Positions 18,567-28,521 are shown, counted from the stretch's first letter. The stretch is DNA of 64,000 bases from an uncultured Gammaproteobacteria bacterium (GCA_964345045.1 CAYFPM010000001.1:108215-172214), one strand, 5' to 3'. The notes: generated by a model from the sequence alone, not told the origin. A program made the numbers and translations.

Positions 18567-18744
18567 ATATAACGAAACTATGTCGAAAAATACAATAACG
18601 GATGTGTAAAAGTATAATGAAGGGGGTAATTTACGTCAAAAAGGCAGCTGTTTTATAGAGTTTATTAAAGAAATGTTTAAATTATAGCCTATAAAAAAGG
18701 GCATTAGCCCTAGATAAGAAGAAAAAATTTAAATAAAAAAACTC

Positions 18745-18772
18745 TTGACTATTTTTAACCTTCATTTATAAT
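18745..18772 (+). promoter_or_regulatory. sigma70-like promoter (TTGACT-N16-TATAAT)
   Basis: CTTGACTATTTTTAACCTTCATTTATAAT. Same CTTGACTATTT -35 context as the tuf promoter. Confidence 0.5.
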
Positions 18773-18804
18773 TCCTAATCATAAATATTTAATTATTTTT
18801 TGTT

Positions 18805-19335
18805 ATGTCATTAGATCGACTTATCAGATTGTCACAAAAGACAGGGGACAAATTAATCGTACACGATCCAATAGAGGGGAATGACGTAGTTATAATGTCT
18901 GTAGATGCTTACGAATATCTGCTAGATATAGATACCTATGGCGAATTAGATGACAATTTTTCCCCTTGGGACGAAGATTTTATAGAAGATATTAATTTTT
19001 ACGATGGCAAAGAGGCTCGTTCTGATTGGCATAGTACTGCCGATGTTTTAGAAGAAAAAGCCTCTGATTTTAAAGAAGATTCAGATTGGATGGATCTTGC
19101 CGATGATCTGCCAGAAGAAGATTTTTTTGCAAAAGAAGATAACCTTGCCCCTGGTAGTTTGAACTGGGATATAGATACTTGGCAAGAAGATTCTCCAAAT
19201 GAAATGGAAATAAATACAGAAGGCCTGTCCATGGAAAAAGTATCAGAAGATGAAATTGATATAACTAGTTTGGAAAATACTTGGGAAGAGCAAAAACTTT
19301 CTGATGAACCAGTATTTTACGAGGAACCAGTTTAA
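18805..19335 (+). CDS. Highly acidic protein with a Phd/YefM-like N-terminal fold and a 130-aa D/E/W-rich tail
   Basis: N-terminal LIVHDPIEGNDVVIMSVDAYEYLLD resembles antitoxin Phd/YefM. The remainder is D/E-rich with repeated W/F. Confidence 0.45.
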   Translation: MSLDRLIRLSQKTGDKLIVHDPIEGNDVVIMSVDAYEYLLDIDTYGELDDNFSPWDEDFIEDINFYDGKEARSDWHSTADVLEEKASDFKEDSDWMDLADDLPEEDFFAKEDNLAPGSLNWDIDTWQEDSPNEMEINTEGLSMEKVSEDEIDITSLENTWEEQKLSDEPVFYEEPV

Positions 19336-19361
19336 AGTCTTAGATGCTTAATTTATCAAAT

Positions 19362-19390
19362 AAAAAATCTCGACAAAGTCGAGATTTTTT
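19362..19390 (+). terminator. Intrinsic terminator
   Basis: AAAAAATCTCGAC-AAA-GTCGAGATTTTTT. Confidence 0.7.
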
Positions 19391-19461
19391 GTATTTTTAG
19401 CTTAAAAAAGATGTTTTTTAGCTAACCACATTCTATCCCCAATTTATTAATTATGTAGCAC

Positions 19462-19490
19462 TTGACTATTTCCTGTGGATAAGATATAAT
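19462..19490 (+). promoter_or_regulatory. sigma70 promoter for tuf (TTGACT-N17-TATAAT) with a 125-nt structured leader
   Basis: CTTGACTATTTCCTGTGGATAAGATATAAT. The leader contains CCCGC...GCGGG and CCGACCACTCGGGG stems. Confidence 0.55.
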
Positions 19491-19617
19491 CGTGACCACG
19501 TAATAGGTAATAGTTTTTTACCTTAAATTAGTTATTTTATAAATATATTATATTCCCGCTGGATACAAATCTATTCCGACCACTCGGGGTAGTGCGGGCA
19601 ACATTATTCTAAGCCGT

Positions 19618-20808
19618 ATGGCCGATTTTGATCGTTCCAAGGCTCACGTTAATGTGGGTACTATTGGTCACGTAGACCATGGAAAAACAACTACAACAGC
19701 TGCTATCTTGAAGGTAGCTGCCGCTGCTGGTTTGACTGCTCAAACCAAAGACGTAGACGCTATCGACTCTGCTCCAGAAGAGAAGCAACGTGGTATTACC
19801 ATTGCTACTGCTCATGTAGAGTACGAAACTGCCAACAGACACTACGCTCACGTAGACTGTCCTGGTCACGCCGATTATGTAAAAAACATGATCACTGGTG
19901 CTGCCCAAATGGATGGTTCTATCCTTGTAGTATCTGCTGCTGATGGTCCTATGCCTCAGACTCGTGAGCACATTTTGCTTGCTCGTCAAGTAGGTGTACC
20001 TTACATCATCGTATTTTTGAACAAAGTTGATCAAGTATCTGATCCAGAACTTATCGACCTAGTAGAAGAAGAAATTCGTGATCTATTGAAGAAATACGAA
20101 TTCCCAGGAGACGAAACTCCAATTATCCGTGGTTCAGCTCTAAAAGCCTTGGAAAACCCAAGTGACGAAGCTGCTGCTAAACCAATTTTGGACCTATTGA
20201 ACACTTTGGATGAATACATCCCAACCCCAGAACGTGATCTAGACAAAGACTTCCTAATGCCTATCGAAGACGTATTTTCTATCGAAGGTCGTGGTACTGT
20301 AGTAACCGGTCGTGTAGAACGTGGTTCTGTAAAAGTTGGTGAAGAAATCGAAATGGTAGGTATGCAAACCGAAACCATGAAAACCACTGTTACAGGTGTA
20401 GAGATGTTTAACAAATCTCTAGATCAAGCTCAAGCTGGTGACAATGCTGGTGTTCTTCTTCGTGGTACTAAGAAAGAAGAAGTACAACGTGGTATGGTGC
20501 TTTCCAAACCAGGTACTATTACTCCACATACCGAATTCGAAGCTGAAATTTACGCTCTTACCAAAGAAGAAGGTGGACGTCACAAACCATTCTTTACTGG
20601 TTACAAACCTCAGTTTTACATCCGTACAACTGACGTAACTGGTGATGTGACTTTGCCAGAAGGTACAGAGATGGTAATGCCAGGAGACACTGTAAACGGT
20701 AAAGTTAAACTTATCGTTCCAGTAGCTATGGAAGAAAAAATGCGTTTCGCTATCCGTGAAGGTGGACGTACAGTAGGAGCTGGTGTTGTAACTAAAATTA
20801 TAAACTAA
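19618..20808 (+). CDS. tuf: Elongation factor Tu
   Basis: [37 protein letters not shown]. Full length, 396 aa. Confidence 0.95.
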   Translation: MADFDRSKAHVNVGTIGHVDHGKTTTTAAILKVAAAAGLTAQTKDVDAIDSAPEEKQRGITIATAHVEYETANRHYAHVDCPGHADYVKNMITGAAQMDGSILVVSAADGPMPQTREHILLARQVGVPYIIVFLNKVDQVSDPELIDLVEEEIRDLLKKYEFPGDETPIIRGSALKALENPSDEAAAKPILDLLNTLDEYIPTPERDLDKDFLMPIEDVFSIEGRGTVVTGRVERGSVKVGEEIEMVGMQTETMKTTVTGVEMFNKSLDQAQAGDNAGVLLRGTKKEEVQRGMVLSKPGTITPHTEFEAEIYALTKEEGGRHKPFFTGYKPQFYIRTTDVTGDVTLPEGTEMVMPGDTVNGKVKLIVPVAMEEKMRFAIREGGRTVGAGVVTKIIN

Positions 20809-20817
20809 ATATTGTGA

Positions 20818-20858
20818 TCCTGCCCCGACCTAGTGTTGGGGCAGGGTTGTTCTTTTTT
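20818..20858 (+). terminator. Intrinsic terminator after tuf
   Basis: CCTGCCCCGACC-TAGTG-TTGGGGCAGG followed by a T-run. Confidence 0.7.
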
Positions 20859-20865
20859 CCAAGTT

Positions 20866-21210
20866 ATGGCTACAAAAACAGATGAAAAAACCAAACAAGA
20901 AGTAGGTCAAAAGATTAGAATCAAAATCTCTGCTTACGATAACAAGATTATCGATAGTGCTACCAAGACCATTATAGAAACCGCAGAGCGTAATAACGCC
21001 AAGGTTGTTGGTCCTGTGCCACTTCCAACCGCTAAGAACAAATTTAGTATCAACCGTTCTACTTTTGTTAGTAAAACTTCTCAAGAACAATACGAGATGC
21101 GTACTCACAAAAGATTGGTGGACATTCTAAATCCATCACCAAGAGCCATTGATGCTCTTATGAACCTAAATTTGCCTAGTGGGGTAGACGTAGAGATCAA
21201 GATGCAATAA
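20866..21210 (+). CDS. rpsJ: 30S ribosomal protein S10
   Basis: [41 protein letters not shown]. The start was set at MATKTD downstream of the terminator hairpin. Confidence 0.9.
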   Translation: MATKTDEKTKQEVGQKIRIKISAYDNKIIDSATKTIIETAERNNAKVVGPVPLPTAKNKFSINRSTFVSKTSQEQYEMRTHKRLVDILNPSPRAIDALMNLNLPSGVDVEIKMQ

Positions 21211-21270
21211 GCATTATTGTGGATCAACTCCACGTCCGGTTTCTAAAAATTTTAGTAACAGGATGTGGGG

Positions 21271-21299
21271 TTGACAGGGGATAAGTAATAGGCTATAAT
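21271..21299 (+). promoter_or_regulatory. Consensus sigma70 promoter (TTGACA-N17-TATAAT) internal to the S10 operon, upstream of rplC
   Basis: TTGACAGGGGATAAGTAATAGGCTATAAT. Confidence 0.6.
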
Positions 21300-21557
21300 T
21301 GTGCCACCCTATATTAAATAAAAAAGCCAATAGAGAAATCTATTGCAAAGATCATTGTTTTGCAAGCTAAAAAAGATTCTCCTTTTAGAGAAAAACCTTT
21401 AGTGAGTAAAAAATGAGACGAGGTATTTAAATTGAATATATTAACCGCCATACAAACCATAAAGGTTTTTGGCTAGAAGTTTGGACATTTGCACTTTAGA
21501 ATACGAAATTGCAGGTGTTTGGACTTCTAGTTTTTGTTATGATCCGGATCGGATCCA
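21300..21557 (+). promoter_or_regulatory. About 260-nt untranslated leader with an attenuator-like hairpin + T-run (21474-21540) preceding rplC
   Basis: No ORF. CTAGAAGT...ACTTCTAG stem followed by TTTTTGTT. Additional small hairpins. Confidence 0.4.
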
Positions 21558-22394
21558 ATGCGTGATACTATGAAATACATATTAGGAAAAAAATTAGGCA
21601 TGACTCAAGTTTTTAAGGACGACGGTACTGTTGTTCCTGTAACCAGAGTTCAAGCCGGACCATGTGTTGTAACACAGGTAAAAACAAAAGAAAAAGACGG
21701 AGTAAATTCTGTACAGTTAGGTTTTGGTGTACAAAAATCTTTTAGATTGAACAAGCCACAACAAGGACATTTGAAAGGTCTTACTTCTGTAAAAATCATG
21801 AGAGAAGTTCGTATGAATGATGATCATGGTTTGAAAAGAGGCGATACTTTTACTGCCGAAACTTTTAAAGCCGGTGAAAAAGTTCAAGTTGTTGGTTGGT
21901 CAAAAGGTAGAGGATTCCAAGGTGTAGTAAAACGTCATGGCTTTGGTGGTTCTCCTGCCAGTCATGGTCACAAAGACCAATTGCGTATGCCTGGTTCTAT
22001 TGGTGCTACCGACGCAGCCAGAGTTTTCAAAGGTACTCGCATGGGTGGTCACATGGGTGACAACAGAGTAACTGTAAAGAATTTGGAAATTGTAGAAATA
22101 AATCCAGCAGAAAACGAAATTCTTATCAAAGGTGCTGTTCCTGGAGCTAGAGGTGGTTTCCTTATTGTAGCTAATTCCGAAGGTAATATTGAAATCGTAG
22201 AAGATAAGAAAACAGAAGAAAAAGTAGAAGAGGTTAAAAATGAAGAAGTTGTAGAAACTAAAACAGAAAATACAGAAGAAAAAAAACCCGTCGACGCCGA
22301 AGGCTCTGACGTGGTGAAAGAAGAGGCTCCTGCAGAAACCAAAGAAGAATCTGTAGAAGCAGCTGAAGATAAAAAAGATGAAGAATCTAAATAA
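21558..22394 (+). CDS. rplC: 50S ribosomal protein L3 with about 70-aa K/E-rich C-terminal extension (alternative start 21570)
   Basis: KYILGKKLGMTQVF...VVGWSKGRGFQGVVKRHGF. The extension ends ...KKPVDAEGSDVVKEEAPAETKEE... Confidence 0.9.
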   Translation: MRDTMKYILGKKLGMTQVFKDDGTVVPVTRVQAGPCVVTQVKTKEKDGVNSVQLGFGVQKSFRLNKPQQGHLKGLTSVKIMREVRMNDDHGLKRGDTFTAETFKAGEKVQVVGWSKGRGFQGVVKRHGFGGSPASHGHKDQLRMPGSIGATDAARVFKGTRMGGHMGDNRVTVKNLEIVEINPAENEILIKGAVPGARGGFLIVANSEGNIEIVEDKKTEEKVEEVKNEEVVETKTENTEEKKPVDAEGSDVVKEEAPAETKEESVEAAEDKKDEESK

Positions 22395-22396
22395 AT

Positions 22397-23026
22397 ATGG
22401 CCAAAGTTGATTTGTACAATTTGGAAGGTAAAGTAAGTGGTAGCATTGATTTGAATGATGCAATATTTGCTGTACCTGTAAAAGAAGATGTAGTACACCA
22501 AGTATACTTGGCTCAAATGGCTAATGCCAGACAACCATGGGCTCACAGCAAAGACAAAAGTGAAGTTCGTGGTGGTGGTAAAAAACCATGGAGACAAAAA
22601 GGTACTGGTCGTGCTCGTCATGGTTCTATCCGCTCTCCACTTTGGAAAGGCGGTGGTGTGACTTTTGGTCCTTTGAATACCAGAAATTACAAACAAAAAA
22701 TTAACAAAAAAGCTAATAAAAACGCTGTACGCATGTGTTTGTCAGCCAAAGCTGCCGATGGTAAATTGATTATTTTAGATAGTTTGACTACCGATGGTAA
22801 AACAAAAGGAATGGCCAAATTGCGTGCTATGTTGCCAGGTTTTGGTAAAACAACCATTATGCTTTCTGGCAAAGCAGACGAATCATTGAACAGAGCTACC
22901 AGAAATATACCAAGATTAGATTTGCAAAGAGCTCTAGATGTAAACGTGGTAGACTTACTTCATCACCAATACATAATTATTTCCAAAGAAGGGATAGAAG
23001 TATTGGAAAAAAGATTGAATAAATAA
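22397..23026 (+). CDS. rplD: 50S ribosomal protein L4
   Basis: SKDKSEVRGGGKKPWRQKGTGRARHGSIRSPLWKGGGVTFGP. Confidence 0.9.
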   Translation: MAKVDLYNLEGKVSGSIDLNDAIFAVPVKEDVVHQVYLAQMANARQPWAHSKDKSEVRGGGKKPWRQKGTGRARHGSIRSPLWKGGGVTFGPLNTRNYKQKINKKANKNAVRMCLSAKAADGKLIILDSLTTDGKTKGMAKLRAMLPGFGKTTIMLSGKADESLNRATRNIPRLDLQRALDVNVVDLLHHQYIIISKEGIEVLEKRLNK

Positions 23027-23027
23027 T

Positions 23028-23489
23028 ATGGGAATATTGGATAAACTAAAAAAGAAAGATGAAGAAAATGTAGAAGAAGCAAAAACTGCTACTGTTAAGG
23101 CTGCTCCAAAAAAGAACGCTACATCCTCCGACGCAAAAAGCTCTGGCGTGACAAAAGAAAAGAAAGTAGAAGAGAGTAAAGAAGTTAAATCTGTAGCGAC
23201 AAAAGTAATAACTGATACTGTTTTGGTTAAACCATTCATTAGTGAAAAAGCTGTAATGCAAGAAGCCAAAGGAATTTATACTTTTGTAGTAAAAAATAAG
23301 GCAACAAAAGTAGATGTAAAAAAGGCAGTAAAAGCAGTTTATGGAGTAATCCCAGCTAAAGTAAGAATGTTGAACATGGAAGGTAAAAGAACCTCTTTTG
23401 GTATCCGCAGAGGCAAGAGATCTGATTGGAAAAAAGCAGTTGTAACTTTGCCAAAAGGTAAGACTATAAGTATTCACGAAGGCGTATAA
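23028..23489 (+). CDS. rplW: 50S ribosomal protein L23 with about 55-aa K/E-rich N-terminal extension
   Basis: The core [11 protein letters not shown]...[14 protein letters not shown] matches L23. The N-terminal extension contains ...[16 protein letters not shown]... Confidence 0.9.
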   Translation: MGILDKLKKKDEENVEEAKTATVKAAPKKNATSSDAKSSGVTKEKKVEESKEVKSVATKVITDTVLVKPFISEKAVMQEAKGIYTFVVKNKATKVDVKKAVKAVYGVIPAKVRMLNMEGKRTSFGIRRGKRSDWKKAVVTLPKGKTISIHEGV

Positions 23490-23499
23490 TTATAAAGGT

Positions 23500-24348
23500 A
23501 TGGCAGTAAAAGTATACAAACCAACCACACCAGGAAGACGCAAAGCTAGTGTCCAAGATTTTTCTAATATCACAAAAACCAAACCAGAAAAATCTTTGAC
23601 AAAAAGACTAAACAGAAAATCTGGTAGAAATAACCAAGGTAAAATTACTGTTCGTCACAGAGGTGGTGGAGCCAAAAAATTATACAGAATGGTTGATTTC
23701 AAAAGAACTGTAAACAAAGATGTTGTTGCCGAAGTTTTGGCTATTGAATACGATCCAAATCGTGGTCCTAGGGTGGCTCTTATCAAATACGAAAATGGTA
23801 CCAAGTCTTATGTCTTGGCTCCAGAAGGTTTGAAAGTAGGAGACAAAGTAATGTCTTCTAGCAAAAAGGTAGAAGCCAAGATAGGAAACCGCATGCCACT
23901 ACAACATATCCCAGTAGGTTTGTTTGTATATAATATCGAACTAAATCCTGGAGACGGTGGTAAAATGGCCAGAGGTGCTGGTAATGGGGCTCAGCTTCAA
24001 GTAATTGAAGGTGGTATCGCTCAATTAAAATTACCTTCTGGTGAAGTAAGACAAGTAAAAAAAGAATGTGCTGCTACTGTTGGTAAGGTAGGTAATGCTG
24101 ATTATCAATTGGTAAGACTTGGTAAGGCTGGTAGAAAAAGACATATGGGATGGAAGCCAACTGTAAAAGGTAAGAACATGAACCCAGTTGATCACCCTCA
24201 TGGGGGTGGTGAAGGTCACTCTCCAATTGGTTTGAAGAAAGGACCTAAGACCAAATGGGGTAAATTGGCTATGGGTGTTAAAACTCGTGAAAAAGGTAAA
24301 TGGAGTGATAAATTTATAGTTCAAAGAAGAAAAAAGAAAAAAAGATAA
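23500..24348 (+). CDS. rplB: 50S ribosomal protein L2
   Basis: ...[22 protein letters not shown]...[24 protein letters not shown]. Confidence 0.95.
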   Translation: MAVKVYKPTTPGRRKASVQDFSNITKTKPEKSLTKRLNRKSGRNNQGKITVRHRGGGAKKLYRMVDFKRTVNKDVVAEVLAIEYDPNRGPRVALIKYENGTKSYVLAPEGLKVGDKVMSSSKKVEAKIGNRMPLQHIPVGLFVYNIELNPGDGGKMARGAGNGAQLQVIEGGIAQLKLPSGEVRQVKKECAATVGKVGNADYQLVRLGKAGRKRHMGWKPTVKGKNMNPVDHPHGGGEGHSPIGLKKGPKTKWGKLAMGVKTREKGKWSDKFIVQRRKKKKR

Positions 24349-24351
24349 ATT

Positions 24352-24458
24352 ACTAGTTCATAGCCAATAGTTCTTAGTTCATAAGTTGTAAGTATCTAGA
24401 AGATAAACAAATATGAAATAAAGACTATTGGCCGTGAACCAAGAACGATTAACTAAAA
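24352..24458. repeat. Palindromic intergenic element, family copy 2 (AGTTCATAGCCAATAGTTCTTAGTTCAT ... ATTGGCCGTGAACCAAGAACGATTAACT)
   Basis: Inverted-repeat arms. Same family as 5336-5427. Confidence 0.75.
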
Positions 24459-24460
24459 TT

Positions 24461-24748
24461 ATGTCAAGAAGTCTTAAAAAAGGGCCTTATATAGACCCAA
24501 AACTAGCCAAGAAAGTACAAAAGGCTAAAGATGCCAACGACAAGAAGCCTATTAAAACTTGGGCTCGTGCATCTACTATTACACCGGAAATGGTGGGAAT
24601 GACTTTTTTGGTACACAATGGTAGAGATTTCTTGAGTGTGTTTGTAGATGAGAACATGGTTGGCCACAAGCTGGGAGAATTTTCTCCAACTAGAAAATTT
24701 GTTCGCCATGGTGGTAAGATGCAAAAAGAACAAGAAAAAGGTAAATAA
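24461..24748 (+). CDS. rpsS: 30S ribosomal protein S19
   Basis: [15 protein letters not shown]...[11 protein letters not shown]...[13 protein letters not shown]. The start was chosen after the palindromic element. Confidence 0.9.
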   Translation: MSRSLKKGPYIDPKLAKKVQKAKDANDKKPIKTWARASTITPEMVGMTFLVHNGRDFLSVFVDENMVGHKLGEFSPTRKFVRHGGKMQKEQEKGK

Positions 24749-24750
24749 AT

Positions 24751-25296
24751 ATGAATAAAACATTAGATACAACTGCACACCTAAGAAAACTAAGAATGAG
24801 CCCAAGAAAGGTACGCTTGATTGTTGATCTTGTTCGTGGTATGAATGCCAAAGAAGCTGTATTGCAACTTCAGTTTTCTAAAAAACATGCGGCTAGACCA
24901 GTAAAAAAATTGATCGAATCTGCTATTGCCAATGCTAAACACAATCATAATGTTTTGGAAAATACCTTGGTAGTAAAAACAGCTTTTGTAAATGAAGGAC
25001 AAACTTTAAAACGTTGGATGCCAAGAGCTATGGGTAGAGCCACTCCACTTCGCAAAAGAATGTCTCATGTAACTATAGTATTGTCTGGAGAAGTAGATGA
25101 AAAAGCAGCCAAGCAAGAAAATAATGAACCAAAAAAGCAAGAAAGTAAAACAGAAAAAGTAGAAACTAAAGATTCTGAAAAAAAAGAAACTAAAAAAACA
25201 ACAGCAAAAAAAACAACTAAAAAAGTAGAGAAATCAAAGAAACCCGCCTCCGCTAAAAGCTCCGGCGTGGTGAAAGAAAGTAAGAAAAAAGCATAG
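24751..25296 (+). CDS. rplV: 50S ribosomal protein L22 with about 65-aa K/E-rich C-terminal extension
   Basis: The AHLRKLRMSPRKVRLIVDLVRGM core matches L22. The tail ends ...KPASAKSSGVVKESKKKA. Confidence 0.9.
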   Translation: MNKTLDTTAHLRKLRMSPRKVRLIVDLVRGMNAKEAVLQLQFSKKHAARPVKKLIESAIANAKHNHNVLENTLVVKTAFVNEGQTLKRWMPRAMGRATPLRKRMSHVTIVLSGEVDEKAAKQENNEPKKQESKTEKVETKDSEKKETKKTTAKKTTKKVEKSKKPASAKSSGVVKESKKKA

Positions 25297-25329
25297 AAAT
25301 TATTTATTAGAAATTAGGAATTAATATAT

Positions 25330-26025
25330 ATGGGTCATAAAGTCCATCCAAAAATTCATCGCACTCAGGTAATTTATACTTGGGATTCTCGCTGGTTCAA
25401 AAAAAGAAACTACGCCGAGTATGCTGAACAGGATATCAAAATCCGTGAATTTTTGATGAAAAAATTTAAAGACGCCCATATTGATGCTATTGGTATAGAA
25501 CGTGGTCCAAAAAATATGACCATTACTATAATGGCTGCCAAACCAGGATTTATCATTGGTCGTGGCGGTGAAGGACTAGATTCTTTGAGAAAACACGTTG
25601 AAAGAAAATTTTTGAAAATGAAACTAAAAGTAAAATTAAATATCAAAGAGGTTCGTTCTCCTGCTTTGTCTGCTGCTGTTGTAGCTCAAACTATGGCCTC
25701 TGATATTGAAAGACGTATCCCGTTTAGAAGAGTAATGAAACAATCTATTGAACGTGTAAGGAAAGCTGGGGCTCAAGGTGTAAAAGTATCTATGGCAGGA
25801 CGCCTAAACGGAGTTGATATTGCTAGAACCGAAACTTTGTCAGCTGGAAAAGTTCCATTGATTACTTTGAGAAGTGATGTAGATTTTTACAAACATTACG
25901 CTATCACTACTTATGGTAAGATAGGTATTAAAGTTTGGATTTACAAAGGTGAAGTATTTGGTAGAAAAGAAACTGTCTCCGAAATTGCTGATGCTGAACC
26001 AAAATCTAAACAAAAAAGAAAATAA
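25330..26025 (+). CDS. rpsC: 30S ribosomal protein S3
   Basis: MGHKVHPKIHRTQVIY... with KH and S3-C domains. Confidence 0.95.
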   Translation: MGHKVHPKIHRTQVIYTWDSRWFKKRNYAEYAEQDIKIREFLMKKFKDAHIDAIGIERGPKNMTITIMAAKPGFIIGRGGEGLDSLRKHVERKFLKMKLKVKLNIKEVRSPALSAAVVAQTMASDIERRIPFRRVMKQSIERVRKAGAQGVKVSMAGRLNGVDIARTETLSAGKVPLITLRSDVDFYKHYAITTYGKIGIKVWIYKGEVFGRKETVSEIADAEPKSKQKRK

Positions 26026-26031
26026 CTTTGT

Positions 26032-26445
26032 ATGTTGTTGCCAAAAAAAGTAAAACACAGAAAGTGGCATAAGCCACGTAGAGCCAACAAAGGTGTAGCT
26101 ACCCGCATAAACACTGTAGCTTTTGGTACTTATGGTCTAAAATCTACTACTCATGCTTGGGTTAGCTCTCGTCAAATTGAAGCTGCTCGTCGTGTGCTTA
26201 CCAGATATGTAAAACGTGGTGGTAAAATTTGGATTAGACTTTTCCCAGATAGACCTGTAACTAAAAAAGGTAATGAATTGCCTATGGGGGGAGGAAAAGG
26301 TTCTCCAGAATTCTACGTATGTACTGTAAAACCAGGAACTGTAATGTTTGAGATGGAAGGTATTCCAGAAGAAAAAGCTATGGAAGCTTTGAAATTGGCT
26401 AGCTACAAATTGCCACTTAAGACAAAGATTGTTACCAAAAAATAA
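26032..26445 (+). CDS. rplP: 50S ribosomal protein L16
   Basis: [16 protein letters not shown]...[11 protein letters not shown]. Confidence 0.95.
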   Translation: MLLPKKVKHRKWHKPRRANKGVATRINTVAFGTYGLKSTTHAWVSSRQIEAARRVLTRYVKRGGKIWIRLFPDRPVTKKGNELPMGGGKGSPEFYVCTVKPGTVMFEMEGIPEEKAMEALKLASYKLPLKTKIVTKK

Positions 26446-26448
26446 TAT

Positions 26449-26649
26449 ATGGATTTTACTGAAATTAAAAACAAATCAGAAAAAGAACTTCATGACTTGC
26501 TAAATGAAAAACGATCAGAGTTGAGAGAACTTGAATTTAAAGTTAGTGAAAGACAGCTAAAAAATGTCCGTTCTATAAGAGACACCAAAAAGGTGATAGC
26601 ACGTATTTTGACTGCTATTAAAGCAATAACCAATAAACAAAACCAATAA
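26449..26649 (+). CDS. rpmC: 50S ribosomal protein L29
   Basis: 66-aa helical protein in the conserved position. KSEKELHDLLNEKRSELRELEFK. Confidence 0.85.
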   Translation: MDFTEIKNKSEKELHDLLNEKRSELRELEFKVSERQLKNVRSIRDTKKVIARILTAIKAITNKQNQ

Positions 26650-26654
26650 TTAGT

Positions 26655-26933
26655 ATGGCAGAAAAAACTGTAGAAAATTCAAAAAAAGTTATTAACCGTG
26701 AATTTGATGGTGTGGTTGTTGGTGCCAAAGCAGACAAAACTATTAGTGTTTTGGTAAAAACTGTAAAAGTGCATTCTAAATACAAAAAACAATATACTGT
26801 TAGTAAAAAGTACGCTGTACACGATGAAAAAGGACAAGCCAAAGTAGGAGATATTGTAAAGTTTGCAGAATGTCGTCCAATTAGCAAAACCAAAAAATGG
26901 AGATTGGTTAGTGTAGTAAAAACTAGCGCTTAA
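26655..26933 (+). CDS. rpsQ: 30S ribosomal protein S17
   Basis: GVVVGAKADKTISVLV...YKKQYTVSKKYAVHDE...GDIVKFAECRPISKTKKW. Confidence 0.9.
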   Translation: MAEKTVENSKKVINREFDGVVVGAKADKTISVLVKTVKVHSKYKKQYTVSKKYAVHDEKGQAKVGDIVKFAECRPISKTKKWRLVSVVKTSA

Positions 26934-26945
26934 TTATCGTTTTGT

Positions 26946-27317
26946 ATGATTCAACATAGAACAATCTTGAAAGTAGCAGACAATACAGGTGCCAAGAAGC
27001 TTATGTGTATTCGTGTTCTTGGTGGTTACAAAAAACGATATGCTCAAATTGGAGATGTTATTACTTGTACTGTAAAAGAAGCTGCTCCTCGTGGTATGGT
27101 AAAAAAGAGTGAGATCGTACACGCTGTGATTGTAAGACAACGTAAGGAAAAACGTCGTAAAGATGGAACTTATATCCGTTTTGATGAGAATTCTGCTGTA
27201 GTAATTGATAAAAAAACCAAAGAACCAAAAGGTACTCGTATCTTTGGCCCCATTGCCAGAGAACTACGTGGTAAAGGTTATCAAAAAATTGTATCATTAG
27301 CCCCAGAAGTTCTGTAG
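26946..27317 (+). CDS. rplN: 50S ribosomal protein L14
   Basis: [27 protein letters not shown]. Confidence 0.95.
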   Translation: MIQHRTILKVADNTGAKKLMCIRVLGGYKKRYAQIGDVITCTVKEAAPRGMVKKSEIVHAVIVRQRKEKRRKDGTYIRFDENSAVVIDKKTKEPKGTRIFGPIARELRGKGYQKIVSLAPEVL

Positions 27318-27415
27318 TAGTTCATAGCCAATAGTTCTTAGTTCATAGTGTGTAAGTAAAATATCTATGAAACAAAGACTATTGGCTACGAACCAAGAAC
27401 GATGAACTAATTATA
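27318..27415. repeat. Palindromic intergenic element, family copy 3
   Basis: TAGTTCATAGCCAATAGTTCTTAGTTCATAG...GACTATTGGCTACGAACCAAGAACGATGAACT. Confidence 0.75.
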
Positions 27416-27417
27416 TT

Positions 27418-27738
27418 ATGAAAATTAAAACTGGTGACAATGTAAAAGTTATATCTGGAAAAGACCGTGGTAAAACTGGTAAAGTTATTCAGGTATTAAC
27501 AGATAAAAAAACAAAACAAACTTTTGTGGTAGTTGAAGGTGTAAATATGAGAAAAAAACACCTAAGAACTAATCAAGCAGATCAAAAAGGTCAAATTATA
27601 GAATTGTCTGCTCCGATGAACGCCAGTAATGTAATGCTAATTGATCCAAAATCAAAAAAGTCTACTAGAGTTGGTTTTAAAATAGAAGGTAAGGATAAAA
27701 AAAGAGTCGCCAAAAAAAGTGGTGAATACATAGAATAA
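27418..27738 (+). CDS. rplX: 50S ribosomal protein L24
   Basis: MKIKTGDNVKVISGKDRGKTGKV (KOW motif). Confidence 0.9.
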   Translation: MKIKTGDNVKVISGKDRGKTGKVIQVLTDKKTKQTFVVVEGVNMRKKHLRTNQADQKGQIIELSAPMNASNVMLIDPKSKKSTRVGFKIEGKDKKRVAKKSGEYIE

Positions 27739-27740
27739 TT

Positions 27741-28286
27741 ATGGAACCTGTACTATACACACAATATAAAAAAGAAGTTGTTCCTGCTCTAAAGGAAGAG
27801 TTTGGATACAAAAACATAATGCAAGTCCCTAAAATCAAAAAGGTGATTGTTAATGTTGGTTATGGAAGACATGTAAAAGATAAATCTTATATAGATAAAG
27901 TAGAAAATACTTTGGCTACTATTACTGGGCAAAAACCTGTTCATAACAAAGCTCGTAAATCTATCTCTAACTTTAAGATTAGAGCCGGTATGCCAATTGG
28001 AGCCTCTGTTACCTTGCGTGGTAAGTCAATGTATGATTTCCTATATAGATTAAATCACTTGGCATTGCCTCGTGTAAGAGATTTTCGTGGTATTAGTAAA
28101 AAAGGTTTTGATAAACAAGGTAACTATACTTTGGGTCTAAAAGAACAAATTGCTTTCCCAGAGTTGGGTGCAGAAACGGCTGACTTTGTACATGGTATGG
28201 AAATTACTGTAGTAACTAGCGCAAATAGCAAAAAAGAAGGTGAATCTTTATTGAGTAAGTTAGGTTTTCCGTTTAAAGCAAAATAA
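27741..28286 (+). CDS. rplE: 50S ribosomal protein L5
   Basis: ...VPKIKKVIVNVG...RGMPIGASVTLRG...YDFLYRL. Confidence 0.95.
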   Translation: MEPVLYTQYKKEVVPALKEEFGYKNIMQVPKIKKVIVNVGYGRHVKDKSYIDKVENTLATITGQKPVHNKARKSISNFKIRAGMPIGASVTLRGKSMYDFLYRLNHLALPRVRDFRGISKKGFDKQGNYTLGLKEQIAFPELGAETADFVHGMEITVVTSANSKKEGESLLSKLGFPFKAK

Positions 28287-28292
28287 GTATAT

Positions 28293-28478
28293 ATGGCAAC
28301 AAAAGCACAAATAGCAAAATCAAATAAAAAACCAAAGTTTAGCACTAGAACTGTTAGACGTTGTTGGAAGTGTGGTCGTAAACGTGGTTTTATGAGAAAA
28401 TTTGGTTTGTGCAGAATTTGTTTTAGAGAATTGGCAAACGATGGAAAATTGCCAGGTGTACGTAAATCAAGTTGGTAA
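28293..28478 (+). CDS. rpsZ: 30S ribosomal protein S14 type Z (zinc-binding)
   Basis: 61 aa with [20 protein letters not shown]. Confidence 0.9.
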   Translation: MATKAQIAKSNKKPKFSTRTVRRCWKCGRKRGFMRKFGLCRICFRELANDGKLPGVRKSSW

Positions 28479-28521
28479 ATTTATAAAATAAATATAAGAA
28501 TATTTTCATCAAGTTAAGATT

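Noticed and set aside
19500-19617. Possible tRNA gene cluster upstream of tuf (as in many bacteria)
   Set aside because: The CCCGCTGGATACAAATCTATTCCGACCACTCGGGGTAGTGCGGGC segment does not fold into a cloverleaf with T-loop consensus. It is interpreted as a structured tuf leader.
21900-23477. Long minus-strand ORFs (21900-22463, 22049-22696, 23046-23477) antisense to rplC/rplD/rplW
   Set aside because: They are compositional artefacts of AT/K-rich coding sequence on the opposite strand, with F/Y/C-rich nonsense composition. The sense strand carries unmistakable r-protein genes.
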